Below the pieces are notes generated by a model. The model was not told where the DNA came from and did not search any database. It was given only the letters and a program-made list of their open reading frames with translations. Made by a program: the position numbers and the translations under genes. Of a DNA stretch of 64,000 bases, positions 13,809 to 29,350 are shown one piece after another. Positions within the stretch are counted from its first letter, which is position 1. Each line of letters begins with the position of its first letter. The DNA is from Bigelowiella natans CCMP2755 (lineage: Eukaryota > Protista > Cercozoa): NCBI GenBank assembly GCA_000320545.1, contig ADNK01000423.1:83431-147430 (forward strand). Reading direction: 5' to 3'.

Positions 13809-14608
13809 ATGAAGAAGCTCAAATTACCGCTAACCCGTAAACCCAAGAAGCTTTCCGTTCAATTCGACTGTGGGTTCAACTTAACTTGCCTATAACTCCC
13901 TTTCTGCCGCAACCCCTGATCTTCCACAACTTTTTGCCTCTTAATTACGTTGTTGGTCATGAATAATTAGTTTCCAGCGTTGGGAAGAATCTTCTGACAA
14001 CTGAGAAGGTAATAGGCACATGTTCTTGGTTCCGCCACCGAATATTATCATTGATTGAATTCGATATACACGCTCAAATTCAAACGTGGTTAAACCACAA
14101 AGAGAGTGAGAAAGGCCATAATACTCTCTTGCCCTTTCTTCGATACTACACATACATACAGACACATAGACATGCAGTACATATACAAATATAACAACAC
14201 ATTAAATATAAATAATTGTATGAATAATATGTGCAACATAGGTGCTCGAAGATAGGGTGAAAGAGTATGAGCGGCTTAAAGAAGGTGGGATATGCAGTAT
14301 ATGTTTACGCTTTTTCCTTTCTTGAGCTATTTGCACGCTATATCAAAATTAATTATTAAATGCGTTGGACTTAACGGCGATGACTTTCAATGAATCCACA
14401 CAAAGAATCAAACTTTGTAACAGAATTTAAGTCTCTTGCACACTAGTCTCCTTTCAAGCAAGAGGTATAACTGATAATAACATCATCAGAATGTCGCCAG
14501 CCGCAACAGATGCTAGATTTAGCTCTGAAAACGCTGGCATTGGCGCAACTTGTGGCAGAGGATATGGGGGCAGACATTATCACGGACGCGCATTGCAGGT
14601 AATACCAG

Positions 14609-14640
<32 letters not shown>

Positions 14641-14708
14641 GTAACCTGTATCTTACTTTTGTCAGCAGAGAAAGAGATGACTCTATATGTAGCGTAATAT
14701 GTTGCTAA

Positions 14709-14768
<60 letters not shown>

Positions 14769-15517
14769 TTCCACATCGAATGGTTCATCATCATCATCAC
14801 CATCATCATCATCACAGGGTCTCAGAGTCATATTTACTTGGCGGAATGCACACCCAGGCCATGCAACATGCTTTCGAGGTGTTAATAATGCTAATGACGT
14901 ATGATCAGTAAATATAGATATATAAATTATATTCTATCATTAGCAGTAATAACTTCCTTCGTTAATGAGGAGGAGGACCAATAGATGTTACCACCACCAC
15001 CACCACCCATTATAACGTATTACTTTCATAACACGTATTCTTGTTATTATATGCAAACTTTAGGGAATAACCCGTGCTAAACACTCTAAACGCGACCCCC
15101 CTCCAAAGGTAGTAGTAGCTGTAAGAACAATGGTAGTAGTAGTCGTTGTCGTCGTTATAGCCGTGTTTGTTCCATCTTATATTTGTCACCGTCGTCGTTG
15201 TCATCATTATCTTCATCATCACCATCATCATCGCAGTTATCACATATTATATCTATTGCCTCGTCTCATCTTCTAGCATTAACTCAAATCTAATGTCTTC
15301 CATATAGTAGTAGTAGTAGTAGTGATGGTAGTAGTAGTAGTAGCAGTAGAGATACCTGCTGCTGTTGTTACTGTTGATCTTAAATAAAGTTGTTGTTGTT
15401 GTTGCAAATTGGGACCTGCTGCTAGGTGTTGATGTGCCTTGGAAGAGCATATATGGCTTCAGGAAATATTCGGCGTGCTCATGTACTACAACTAGTAAAT
15501 AGTCGGCATGCATGTAA

Positions 15518-15549
<32 letters not shown>

Positions 15550-16308
15550 ATTGAAGTAGAAGTTGAAGCAATAGCAGTAGTAGTAATAGCAGCAGTAACA
15601 TTCTTCTTAGGAAGCTCAAACAGTTTATAGTCTCCTGCCATCAATCAATGACCCCATGGGGTTTTTCGTCTGAACTGCAATTGGTATCGTCGTACTAATG
15701 TTACTATATTAGGAGCTGTTTGGTGAAGCTCTTTTAGCTGTAAGAGAGCACCATGGACCAGAAGCTATAGATCAGTGCGAAGTCAGTAACTACTAACCAA
15801 CAACTGTATTATTATAATCATTAATGCTAAGAGAGACTGCCTTGCCTGCCCAATGATTACCCAACACCCACAATGTGTGAAATAGTAGTAGTAGTAGTAG
15901 TAGTAGTAAACGGCTAGTAAAGTAGCAATTGTTGTAGAAGAACGTGGATATGTATTTCCTTCTATATTTCATTTTAATCATATTGCATTGATATTCCTTA
16001 TTTTTTTTGGAATATCCTCCTCCTCCTCCTCCTCCTCCTCCTCCTCCCATGGATCATCAGGTTTTGTGTGAAATGGCGGAAGCATACTGGCGAGAGGAGA
16101 AGCAAAACAAGAGCATTGACACGCTCATCGGTATTATCTTCGTCCTCATCCTCCTCAGTTTCCCTTATTAATCTTTTATTGGGGATCTGCGTACAAAGTA
16201 TCCATTCGTTTTGTTAATGCCCAATCATTGTCTTCCTTCTCCCCCTTTGCTTCTACCTAGATGTCTGGACATTGCAAGAGGCAAAATTTGGCTCAAACGT
16301 ATGGAAGG

Positions 16309-16357
<49 letters not shown>

Positions 16358-17375
16358 GATGATGAGTGGTATAATGAGTAGGGAAAGGGAGGAGGAGGAA
16401 GAGAAATAATTATACAGTAGTTTCTCATCGATTGGTGTAGTACCAGCCTATAACTTTCTTATAAGGAAGATAAGGGACTACTACAACAACAACAACACCA
16501 CAACATCGCTCAATCGCTTGTGAATCAAATTTGATGAACAAGAACAGTCAACTGTCAAGCCCAACTAGCCAACTATGTGCTTCTCCCCATCGTATTATGT
16601 GCTAATAATAGTTACAATAATGATAGTCGGTGTGATATTACGATGATTGTTACTGGGTTGGTCCTACTTGATGACTGACTGACTGACTGAGTCCCTCCCT
16701 CCCTCCTCACAGGCCCCAGAGCTTATTCCGACATATTTGCACTTGGGACAAGCTTATTGCAAAAGAAATGAATACGATCGTGCCTCGGTTATATTTTGTT
16801 ATTGTTGTTATCATCATCATCATCATCATCATCATCATGAACATAAGTAACAACAACAACAACAACATAAATTAGCGACCTTATGATGAATTTGTCGTAT
16901 TATTCAAACGATATCATGAACAACTACGATGATTCTTTATTTTCCATCTTAAAGGATCATTTACTCCGTGCTGTGAGAATATCACGAGAAAGTGGCCATG
17001 AAGAAGAAGGGTTAACGAAGGTTGTTCAAGATTCACTATACGTTTGCTTGTTTAGTACTTCGTATTTCACAGAGAAAATATCTTCGATTCTATTATTGAT
17101 GATTGACGATGTGATGATGATAAGGGACTGCCGCTATAAATAAAATATTCTACCTCCTGTCATGTTTGCCTTCTTCTCCTTCTTTTTATTGTTCTCCTCC
17201 CCGTTCTTATTGTTCTTCTCCCTCTCCTTATTGTTATTCTCCTTCATATTATTGTTCTTCTTCAGACAAAAAGCTACGCTCAAGCGTGTGTGTTGCTGGC
17301 ATCGTGTTATTCCTACGACCAACAGTCAGATGTATGTTTATTTAGAGTTGATCAGAGGGGGGGAGAACACGCACA

Positions 17376-17456
<81 letters not shown>

Positions 17457-17480
17457 ACAGAGAAAGAGGGGAGGGGCAAG

Positions 17481-17521
<41 letters not shown>

Positions 17522-17787
17522 TTGTTTTCTCTGAAGTGACAACATTAACTGCTTACAGCGCAATTTTAATGGCGAAAACAACGATGACGAGGACAATATG
17601 ATAACTGGGAAACCAGGTATATTAAGAAGTACTGCTACTACTACTTCTGATTAATATACCATAAATCAGAATATGCATAGGTTGTGCTGAAAAAAGAATA
17701 AGCATACATAAAAGGACAAAATATACTGATATGATCATAATTTCAAGCAAAACCAATGATAATGTTGAGGATAGAATTAAACAATGC

Positions 17788-17822
<35 letters not shown>

Positions 17823-18313
17823 CTCGAAGAAGGACAGAATCTAGGATGATGATGTTTTCGTCGTAGTAGTAATGTCCAGTAACATATCCTCCTAAATATA
17901 GACGGTTACTGACTAAATGAATAACCATGATGACCCTCCTTTCTGTTACTAGCTTAGAACTTTAGCATTATTGATAATGATAATAGCAACCTGTGATCTA
18001 AAGGAATTCTTATCATTATTATCAGCATAATCCTTTTCATCATCCTTATTATCATCTGTTTTACTACAATGACCTATTATTATTCCCTAGATTATAATCG
18101 GGCAATCGAGTACCTTCAATCTGGTTATTATCACCACCACCACCATCAACAATCATCATCATCATCGTCATCATCATCATTTCTACTGTTACTACTACAT
18201 GGATGGGTGAATGAGAGGAGGAGGAGGAAGAGGAAGAGGAGGGGGGAGATAAACGAGGAGTTGAAACAACTAAAATTACTATAGATAAGTGAGCAGCAAA
18301 CAATCGACTTTGC

Positions 18314-18354
<41 letters not shown>

Positions 18355-18544
18355 TGAAAATTGATGGCTACCTGCTAACAATTTACTCCTCCTCCTCCTC
18401 CTCCTCTTCCTCCTCCTCAAGGCCTAGACACATATAAAGATCTCTATGGACCGTAATATAACTTTCTATTCACTTCTTCGTTGTCAACTTATGCTAATAT
18501 TTCTTAACAATTGCTGGCGTGGTATCATACCGCCGATCAATATT

Positions 18545-18576
<32 letters not shown>

Positions 18577-19039
18577 TTCATCTTTCTCCCAGGCAATGCA
18601 AAGAGTCAATGAAAATTATGAAGGAAATGGCGCAAATTTATCTAAGTAATCAAATCAATATGACAACAACATGATATACCCCTACAACCCACTCTCTTAG
18701 TTGTATTGCTTTAAGTCATCTAACGATCAAGAAGATAATGACAATGATGATGATGTTGTTGTTGTTGATGATGATGATGTGAGAACGATGAAAGCAGGGA
18801 GAGAACGAGAGAGGTCATATGATAAACTGCTGTCTCTTACATCAACCCGTCCTCCTCCTCCTCCTCCTCCCCCTCCCTCCTAGTCATCCTTAAATTTGGT
18901 GAGCCATGATGGTCTTACTCCTCCTCCTCCTCCTCCTCCTACTACTACTACTCTAGCGATAAACAGATATAGCAAGGCTGCAGAATGCATGGAAGGGGTT
19001 TTACAATCGGTTGTTAAAAGGTAGGCAGGGGCAGAGTAG

Positions 19040-19073
<34 letters not shown>

Positions 19074-19130
19074 TATGGTAATGATAATGATGATGGTGAT
19101 GATGATGATGGAGAGATGCAGTAATCCAGG

Positions 19131-19161
<31 letters not shown>

Positions 19162-20105
19162 CATTATCTGAAACAATATACTACTAATCCTAATAATAAT
19201 ATTAATAATAATGATAATAAATACTACTTTTATCACTAAACATTACTGTAGGCATGGTGCACAAAGCATCGAGGCTGGTGTTACTATGAAGCGCATAGGA
19301 GAGATGTATATGATTGATAATAGGATTCAAGAAGCAAAGGTAGTAGTAGTAATAGTAGTTGTTATTGATGTTGTAGAAGAAGGTAATTAGTATGTACATG
19401 TGTTACTACTGCTAGTAGTAATAGTAATAGTATGGATTTGTAGTAGTAGCGGTAGTACCAGTAGTAGTAGCTGCTGGTGGTGGTGATGGTTCTTCTTGTG
19501 CGGTTGGAGTTTAAGTTCTAATAATAATGCAGCAGCTCAATTAGTCATACGAAAAAAATAACTTGTGAGATAAGTAGTATTAGTAGCCGTATTTTGTCCA
19601 GAGTACTACCTCCTCTTCATCCTCCTCCTTACTATTCTTATTATTCATTATCATTTGTAGTAGTAGTAGTAGTATCATTGCTAGATTTAGGCAAAGATAG
19701 ACTGTGCTACATATGATATTTTGTATTATCCAAGCAAAGATGATATGTATTTTATGTATTTTAAATTTATTTAAATGTGATAAGGCAATGTTGAAGCGAG
19801 CGTTGTCAGTATATAATGCAATGGGAAACCATGACCAAAGGTGCTACTAGTACAGTTAATAATAATGATAATAATTATTATAACAGTAGCAGTGAACGCT
19901 GCTGTAATCTCATTGCGTATCTGACAATTAACTACAGTATAAAGTAAGGAAAATATATTATGATGTTTTTACGTATCATGTTATGCATGCATGTTGTCTC
20001 TCACTCGCTGCCAATGTGTATTGAATGTTTCATTACCATCAAATACCACTATAGGAATCAAGCCACGATAGCTTCGCTTAAAGACACTTTAGGTATACAC
20101 GTTGC

Positions 20106-20165
<60 letters not shown>

Positions 20166-21416
20166 TGCTGTGATTCTACTTTTTCTTCTTCTTTCTCTGC
20201 TCCTTCATTGTCCTGATCATCCATTCCGGGCTGATCGATTCATTGATGATAATGACAACACAATTAACGTTGGATAGGACGAATCAAAATTGCTTTAAAG
20301 AGTACCTTGGCTATGAGGAAGAAACACCAGCCAGGGGGGGGGGCGCAATGGAGTCCAACAAATCAAGCAGTAGGCCTACGGAATAATAACAGAACCATCA
20401 ATGGGTTGTTGAGCAACGAAAGGAGGGAGGGGGGGGAGGCAAAGGAAGAGGATGGCAAGATACACTGGCGCAAGCAACCACAAAGTATCATAGCAGCATC
20501 ATCATCATCATCATCATCGAAGTACTACGATGATGATGTTAATAATCGAGAAGACGACATTGGAGTCACTGATGATGATATTCAGAAGAAGAAGAAGAAG
20601 AAGAAGAAGGAATACCACGATGATGATGTAATGATTGGAAAAGACAAAGACGAAGAAGCAGTTAGGAGCAACCAGAAAGATGACAAAGAAGAAGATACGG
20701 CAAACGTAAAGGCAAATGACAACGACATATTAGTAGACAGCACAGTGGATGCTGCAGCTGGTGGTGGTGATGGTAGTGCTGCTTCTAAGCAGCCCCAACT
20801 TCTAGAAAATGAATGGCCAAGACATCCAATCACCAAAATCGACGAGGACGATGACAATAAGAAACAGCATTTACTAGAAGAAGAAGAACAAGTAGGAGGA
20901 GGAGGAGGAGGAGGAACTAGTGCTCATGAAACAAAAGCACGCACCAGTGGCAATGGCATACAGATCCCCTCCCCCCTTTCAGATAATAGGAGTGATAATG
21001 TTCAGATCCCTGCAGCAGCAGCAGGTATTCCGAAAGAATCATCTATGAAGAGTTGTTCCTTCCAGAACAAATGCCAAAGAATCTATCTATCTATCTATCT
21101 ATCTTTCTCGCAACTGTATTTCTCATTAAATATAAAATGTGTTATTATTCATCAGACACTGCTGCTGATGACGACGACGACAATAAAAATAATTCTGATA
21201 GTGACCTCAGCTTCACGGTGAACAAGGAAGAAGGTATTTGCTATCATAACAAAAGATAAATTTACCAATGCTGTTACTACGGTGAGAATGAGTAGATAGT
21301 CGTCTTTGTTTCGCACATCGTATCATTCACTGACTACAACCCCGTAATTTGTATCCGATCGTCTGTTGTAACAACTTTCCTACGTACGTCGTACAGATGC
21401 GAGCGATGATTGGTAA
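13809..21416 (+). CDS. Tetratricopeptide-repeat protein, TTC23/TTC23L-like, with acidic low-complexity C-terminus (more than 20 exons)
   Basis: Phase-compatible small exons: LALKTLALAQLV...DAHCRVSESYLLGGMHTQAMQHAFE (resembles the TTC23 N-terminal helices, from memory), PTYLHLGQAYCKRNEYDRASDHLLRAVRI, DYNRAIEYLQSGLDTYKDLYGP, YSKAAECMEGVL. Large exon at ~20277-21050; terminal ASDDW*. Some exon edges are uncertain. Confidence 0.7.
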
Positions 21417-22919
21417 AGAAGCGGTTGATTATAACATTTTATACAGTCTCAGCAAATATGGTTTTCAACATTATTGGAGAATTAAATGGTATCAAGAGAC
21501 AATAAGAGGTTGATAACTCTGATGAACTCCGATTGCCTTTGATTCGTACAAGTAGTTGTAGAGTTCTAATCCACAAGCTAGCAAGCTGGATCTATAATAT
21601 GAGGCTAATCTAGAAAACTTACGCTTGGATAGCTGTTACTTTAGCATGCCTAGATGTGTTATTCCTTGCTTTTAGATTTGGAATCAAAGTATCTGCGAGC
21701 TAATATTCTATTAAAATCTTCATAGCACATGGCAAGATGGGCTATAGTTGCATGTAGCTAGGTAGATGCGCTCATCACCTAAACAATGAGCTCACAGTTG
21801 TTGCGCTAGCTACAATGCTGCACACTGTCGCTTTCTATGCATGATATGTACTTGGCTTTGCGCAGGCAGGCAACAAAATAATAATCATAATATTCGATTC
21901 CACATACGTACATGCTAGCATGAGCAGCAACTGAGTTGGCTTTAGTTACGTTTTGTTAATAATTATTATATATAACTGCTCCAGCTAGCCAGCATGCCAT
22001 ATCATCAGCCACATGTGCACATCATCTAGACATGATGTGAGAGGCCGATCTAGCGACGAATACCACTAGGCTACAATCAATGGCAAGTGGGGATGTAGGC
22101 TCGACGATCGGATTACAAAAAAAGCGTGATGATGATACGATAGCGGTTTATTCGCAGCTCTCATGGTTTATTCCTAAATTCTATGATCCATCTAGAACCC
22201 AGCAATCGCCTCGGCCTTGTTATATATACAAGAAAAACAAATACTTACATTTTCAACTTTAATTAGTTTAATTTATTATTTCGAAAACAGGCCTCATACG
22301 CACCTGGGCTTGCAAAAGAGCGTCGTCAGCTTTCTGTGCATCACTTAATTGATCATCACCTTAATATGTGCAACAAGTTTTAGTATGGATTGGAACTAGA
22401 ACAAGGAATGGTGAGAGAAAGGAAATTACCATAATTTAAATGCTCATAACTTACCCCTGCAGTCTTTAATCCATGATTTCTCCCCCCGTCTATGTGAACG
22501 ATGTAATTTGGAACCTCTGCCAGATACATTCAGTATCAGCATTACTGCTACTTTGCACAGGAGATTATTATCTATCACATGTAGAGCTTCAATAAGCACT
22601 AAATGTAAGGATTATGGACAAACGTAGTACGATGTTTTTTATAGTAATTACAACTTTCTCAACGAAAAGGATTGAGCAGCAGCCTTGTTGTTTCTCCCAT
22701 CAGCAGCAGCAGCAGAAGGATGATCGCCAGTAGTATCCATCATCATCATAGTTATTCCAGAACAGTCATCTAAAAGACCACACTACAAGAAGTGGTGGTA
22801 GCAAGTAGGAAGAATGGTAAATGACCCCACAATTGAATGTTAGCTTTCTCTTATTACTATCAGTATTAGTATCTCTCATCATCATATAATTGAACCCCCC
22901 CTCCTCTCCCTCTGCCTCT

Positions 22920-22963
<44 letters not shown>

Positions 22964-23698
22964 CTTATCTAGTCATCATGAATTCTCATTACACCTTCGC
23001 TTGTGCTGCTTCTAAGGTAGGAAATGAACGAATAGGCCCCTACAACAACATCATCATCATCATCTCCAGAGAGAAATAATAACAACTCATATAATACACT
23101 TCTCGAGAATAGCCCCTATCTCTCATAGATATGTTGATCGTCCTTATCGTCATCATCCTCCTCCTCCTCCTCCTCATCATCATCATCATCACCATCATCT
23201 CCTATTCCCTTTCTGTCTACCTCCAAGAACGTTCCCAGATGCGGTCCCTGAAACGTGCACTTATTTTCTTGGACAGGGTTAGTAGTAGTAATAGTAGTAG
23301 TAGGAAAATAAGAAAAGATAGAGAGTAAGAGATGACAAGGTGGAACGTAAGAAAAAGGATGATGTAAGAACATACTACGGCTATCACTATCATAGCGGTG
23401 GTCATCACTAAATTGTCATCATCATCATCATCATCATCATCATCTCCTCTTTCTGTGTAGATACAACTATTACTTACTACTGCTACTACTACCCGAAGCT
23501 CTGATTTGGCCATAGATACTGTTCAATACTTGTTCTGGAATTATCCCCTTTACCTACCATTTTATTGATTGATTCATTGATTGATTCATTGATTGTTGCT
23601 GGTGACTACGTTGATCGTATGGAAGATTACAACAACAACAACTACTACTACTACTACTACTACATCAATCACATCATCATTCAGTTATAATTCAAAAC

Positions 23699-23731
<33 letters not shown>

Positions 23732-24635
23732 AATCATAGACTTACCATCAAATCTTCAATTCCATCCATTGCTTCATATACATCGTTATTGGTGTTATAT
23801 CTAGTAGGTAGGGTTGAGAATAATAATAATAATAAGAGATATGAATTTATGAGTACTAGTACCAGTCTAAACAACACTGTCATTTGGTACAGCAGACTTC
23901 TAATACTATATGACCTCTCCTCCACTTTTTTGATTGAGTCCACATTCGTTACTACCCCTGGATCATATATAAAATATAATTCAAAATTTGATTCTTAGAG
24001 TAATAATTTGAATTAATCAGCATTCATAATGACTATCAGTCGAGGACAAATAATTTGTTGACAAGCACAATATTTAGTGACGATGATGGCGATGATGATG
24101 ATGATGATGATGGTGGTGATGATGGTGATGATGATATTGTTGTGGTCGTATGATGTGTCAAAACAACAACCCGCTGCTTGTATCATTGATCTAAATTCAT
24201 CAGCCATCTCACGAAGAGTGCCTGTGAAATTGGTTGATCAAAGGATGATGATGATAATCAAGATATACGAATGTTCTTCTCGAAACACAAGTCATCAGTT
24301 GATACTGCAAATAATATAATCTCAATTAAAATGACTCTTCTTTTTTTCCTCTTCTTCTCTTCATGGGGTGTGTGTATTATATAATAAGCACTGCCGCCAC
24401 CATATTCTTAAAAATGATGTTATCATCATCCACCAATGTTTGACGTATTATGACCAAACAATCAATCAATTATCACTATCAACATTGCCATCATCATCAC
24501 GACCAACAACTGAGTAGTGCATTCCTTATAAATCATCAATGTAGCAGTAGCGGCAGCAACAACAGCATGAATTGGCTAGACATGAGCACCATCAAGTACA
24601 CGACATTATCTATCGTTCTGTTGGTTTATAGTCTT

Positions 24636-24668
<33 letters not shown>

Positions 24669-25051
24669 CCTGAACCATCGTAGTTCCATCTGATGATATT
24701 ATTGTTATTATTCAAAAGTAATATTGCATATGCAACTGCTGCTAAGTGCTTCTTCTTCTTCTTCTTCTTCTTCTTCAATGGCATTACAGTATCTTCTTTC
24801 ATGGTGTAGTAGTGGTAGTAGTAGTAGTAGTAGTAGTAGTAGTAATAAGATTGGTGGTTGGTTTGTCGTAATATGACGATGCATAATACATACTCGTAAG
24901 CATCCATGTTGTTTTGCAGCTGATGACTAAGAGCACTTAAATCCCTCTTTCCACGACCAGATCCAACAGCTATGATGATGATTATGATGATGATTATGAT
25001 GATGATGATGATGATGATAATGATAAGTTCCACGACCATATCCAACAGCTA

Positions 25052-25089
<38 letters not shown>

Positions 25090-25755
25090 CACTTGCACGA
25101 CTGTTAGTGCTGCTGCCGCCATTTATTTTGTAGCCGCCATTTATTTTGTAGTTCGGTGACTTGCCCCTTCCTCCTCCTCATCCAATCCCTTATGTGAGAA
25201 GTGACAAAACATGAGCAGCAGCAGTATTACTACCTGCTTCTAACATTGCAGATTCAACAACCTTAAGCAATGCCTGGGTGAAGTAGCGCATACGAACAAC
25301 AACAACAAAAACAACAAAGAAGAAGAAAAAGAATTATTCATGTGCTAATCTACCGATGAAACAGCAGCCCAGACTACAACGTCTAGATCTTATTGACTAT
25401 AGTGTGATAGAATCTATTTATAGTGACAGAAAAGAGGAGGAGGAGGAGGAGGAGGAGGAAACGAAATTTAGCAGTATCATCAGTTGTAGTATCATGATGC
25501 GTAATAGCCATTGTTGTAATTTATGGTTAATAATCATTCACAAACAGCAAGGGGGGGGTAGATGTAATATTGTCGCATTATCATCATCATCATTATTGTT
25601 ATAACAGATGATGATGATGATGATGATGATGATGATAACGATGATAATAATGATGGCATGAGGAAGTGATGACAGTAAACAGTAGTAGTAGCAGAAGATG
25701 AAGAAGAAGAAGAAGAAGAAGAAGAAGAAGAAGAAGAAGAAGAAAGCACAAGTGG

Positions 25756-25790
<35 letters not shown>

Positions 25791-26278
25791 TTACTATTAC
25801 TACTAACTTACTAACCCTCCATTTAGCCTGGGTTTGAGTAGTTGCAGTAAGTAACTTCTTAAAAAGTATTAGTCCTTTTCTTCTTCTACCACCTCCTTCA
25901 CTTGTTCCTAGATAATGATGATGATCATTATGTGCGAAGAAGAAGAAACCTTCTAAAACAAAGGTATTGCTCCTTCTACCACAATTACTGCTATTACACA
26001 TAACAACAAAACATGCTCTTGTCATCATGAACATTACTACTACTACGACTAAAGTAAACATGTTGTGTTGTCCTCCCATCATCATCATCATCATAACAAA
26101 GAACGATATGGGTCTACTAGCTAGCTACCAAGCACCTTCTTGGCTGCTACTGCTGCTGTTATCCTCCTCATGATACAACTCATCTCTGTACCACTTAAAC
26201 ACACAAAGCACACACACACACACACATCTTTTAAATGTAACGAAGGGACGGAGGTCTTCTCCTTCCCTCTTCTCTCTT

Positions 26279-26350
<72 letters not shown>

Positions 26351-26478
26351 TTCTCTCTCTTTCTCTTTCCTTCAATGCTGCATTCATGCATGAAAACATG
26401 ATGATGATAGAGCATTTCAAAGGAACGAAAGAAAATACGTCGTCATAAAACAACACACACACACACACACATATTATA

Positions 26479-26520
<42 letters not shown>

Positions 26521-26654
26521 AACAGTGGATGTCGTCTCATTCGTTGGCCATCAACAAGAATAAAACAAATAATAAATGTATCCAAATCCTTAAATAACGC
26601 TCACTACTACTTACTACTACTTACTACTACTACTTGCTACTACTTACTACTACT

Positions 26655-26687
<33 letters not shown>

Positions 26688-27699
26688 GAATCAATGATAC
26701 GATTGTGTTGTCATCGTCATCGTTCTGGACGTTGTGAAACTTCTCTCGATATAAATACTTGATGGTAGTAGTAGTAGAAGAGTACCTTGAATACTTGTTC
26801 AACCACTACTTGAACCCTGTACCTTTCTCTACTGTGGATAGTAAAACAACAACAACACCAAGAATGATAAACAATAATCAACATCATTTATCGGCGATGT
26901 GTTGTGCTTTCAGTTAGAGAAAAACTTTTTGTTTTTTTTTTACTTTTTCCTTTCCATTAAGTTGATAAAAAATGACTTGTGACGCTGCAGCTACTGATGA
27001 TGATGACGGCGACGATGATGATGATGATGATGATGATGACCTCTTGTCAATCTTCGGTTGCTGATTCTTTTTCTTATCCTTCTTCTTCTTCAATGTATCA
27101 TTATCTTGATGTGATGTTGTCTCTCCATTAACCGTTGATGATAATCCTGGAATATTCTATAGTGGTAGCAGCAGCAGTATAGCAGTCGTAGCAGTAGTAG
27201 TAGACCATCCGTGATAAGAACCCATGCAGCAGAAAATACACTTTACATATGTGTGCGCGTGTGCGTGTGTTTGTATTTTTCCTGATGCTGCTGTCCTCCT
27301 TTGTTGTCTAGGAACTTAAACGATAAATTATCTCTATGGCAATGATTTTGTCAGCCTCATATCACCGGTCTATTATAATTTTCTTTCGCAGTCACAGCCT
27401 CTCTCAATCAAGCCCTCTCATTATTCTTATTCTTCCTCTTATTTTTATTGTTGTCGTTTATGTTGTTGTTTTTGTAGGAATAATTGTAGTATTACTTCAA
27501 CTACTAGTCCATCTTCGAGCTCGGATACTTGGTCATGAGAACGTCCTTTCTCTCTTATGAAGAAATCATGGTATCTTGCCTCTTCCAGCTACATTCATGA
27601 GAGCATATGCATTCGATTAGGTTATAATAAGTATCAATAAGAAGATAATTAAAATGTAACAACTTCTTAATTCACCTTTACAATCAAAAGAGAGAATGT

Positions 27700-27739
<40 letters not shown>

Positions 27740-27813
27740 TAATGCTGGTAAACTCATCTTCGTACCACAGAAACATAATAAACATACACAAACACACACA
27801 CACACACACACAC

Positions 27814-27856
<43 letters not shown>

Positions 27857-28100
27857 TACTTTGTATTCGCACGCAAAACTACAACTTTAACAACAACAAC
27901 AAACCACAACAACACTACTACTACCAGGACGATGACGATGTGAACGACGATAATACTTGACTACTACTACTACTAATGCTATTACTACATCTATCACCTG
28001 ATCCCGTGCAACTTCCGTGCGAGTTTCTCTGATAAGAGAACAACGAGAACCAGAGATCCAGAGGAAAAGGAGGAGGAGGAGGAGGGAGGGGAAGAATGAG

Positions 28101-28133
<33 letters not shown>

Positions 28134-29294
28134 GTCATCGTCATTACCTGTCCATTTCAGCAATCAAGTCCTGTGCCTGTATCAAACAAATAGTGATAGT
28201 AGTAGTAGTAGTAGTAGTAGCAGCAAAATGGATGGATGCCCTTCTTCTTCTTCTTCTTCTTCTTCTTCTTCTTCTTTCGGTAATACTATTAACAATTACT
28301 GATGATAAAGAGGAGAGAATGGTAGTGGATCATCATCATCATCATCATCATAATCATCATCACCATTCATTAAAACCTTTCTTCCTCTCTTGCTCATTCC
28401 TTCCAGGACTCCCTCAGTTATGTTCAATATTCTCTGATGATGATGATGATAATGCTGATGATGATGATGATGATGATGATGATGACTCATGGTCAAATAC
28501 TACTACTGCTTCTATTGCTTATAAGAACGATGTCCATGGTAACAACAAAGAAAATAAAGAGTGTATTACAGGGACGGTATACAACAGTAAATTATATCAT
28601 AATTATTTTATGTAGTATAGAATATAATAATAAATACTCCACCATCATATAAATGCTACATTACCATTATAATAAGAGAAAGAGAGTAGTACCTTAGCGA
28701 AGGAGTCGATCCTGGGTTTATATTTAGTAACAGGTACATCTGCGCCATCATCACCACCAACATCAAATTATCATAATATGCTACATAATGCCTAATTCCT
28801 ACAACAGCAAAACAACAGTAAACAACAACCACTGCATAATAAAGTATTTTACTACTTTACAGCTATTACCTCGCCTCATTCTCTTAATTTCATACTACTT
28901 TACAGCTATTACCTCGCCTCAGTCTCTTAATTTCATCCTTCATATTATAGTACAATGCCCCCATATCTTGTAGATCAACTATCTGTAATATAGCGATAAA
29001 CCACGCATCAAGATATTGCTGCTACATATTCTCTGAGTGCTGCTGCTGTGTTTATTGCTGCTACATACAGACCTCATGCATGCAGCGCAGCATATTCTAC
29101 TCTTTGTATCTACTACCTGTCCCTTAAGAGCGTCTCGTAGACTCATATGTGACTCTATCAGTTTATGATGAGCATTGCGCTCTTCCAGCCTGCTTAGAAC
29201 CTGGGGATGCAAGCAGATTCCACACAGAGGAGTGAGTATGTTTGATATGCAGACCCCGTCATTAACGAAAGAGACGAATGATGAGAGAAAAGGG

Positions 29295-29337
<43 letters not shown>

Positions 29338-29350
29338 AGAGAGAACGAGA
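14600..29350. repeat. Very dense intronic microsatellites: (AGT)n, (CAT)n, (GAG)n, (AAG)n, (CT)n, (CA)n, (TA)n
   Basis: Dozens of perfect tracts visible directly, with a similar density at 53880-64000. Confidence 0.95.
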
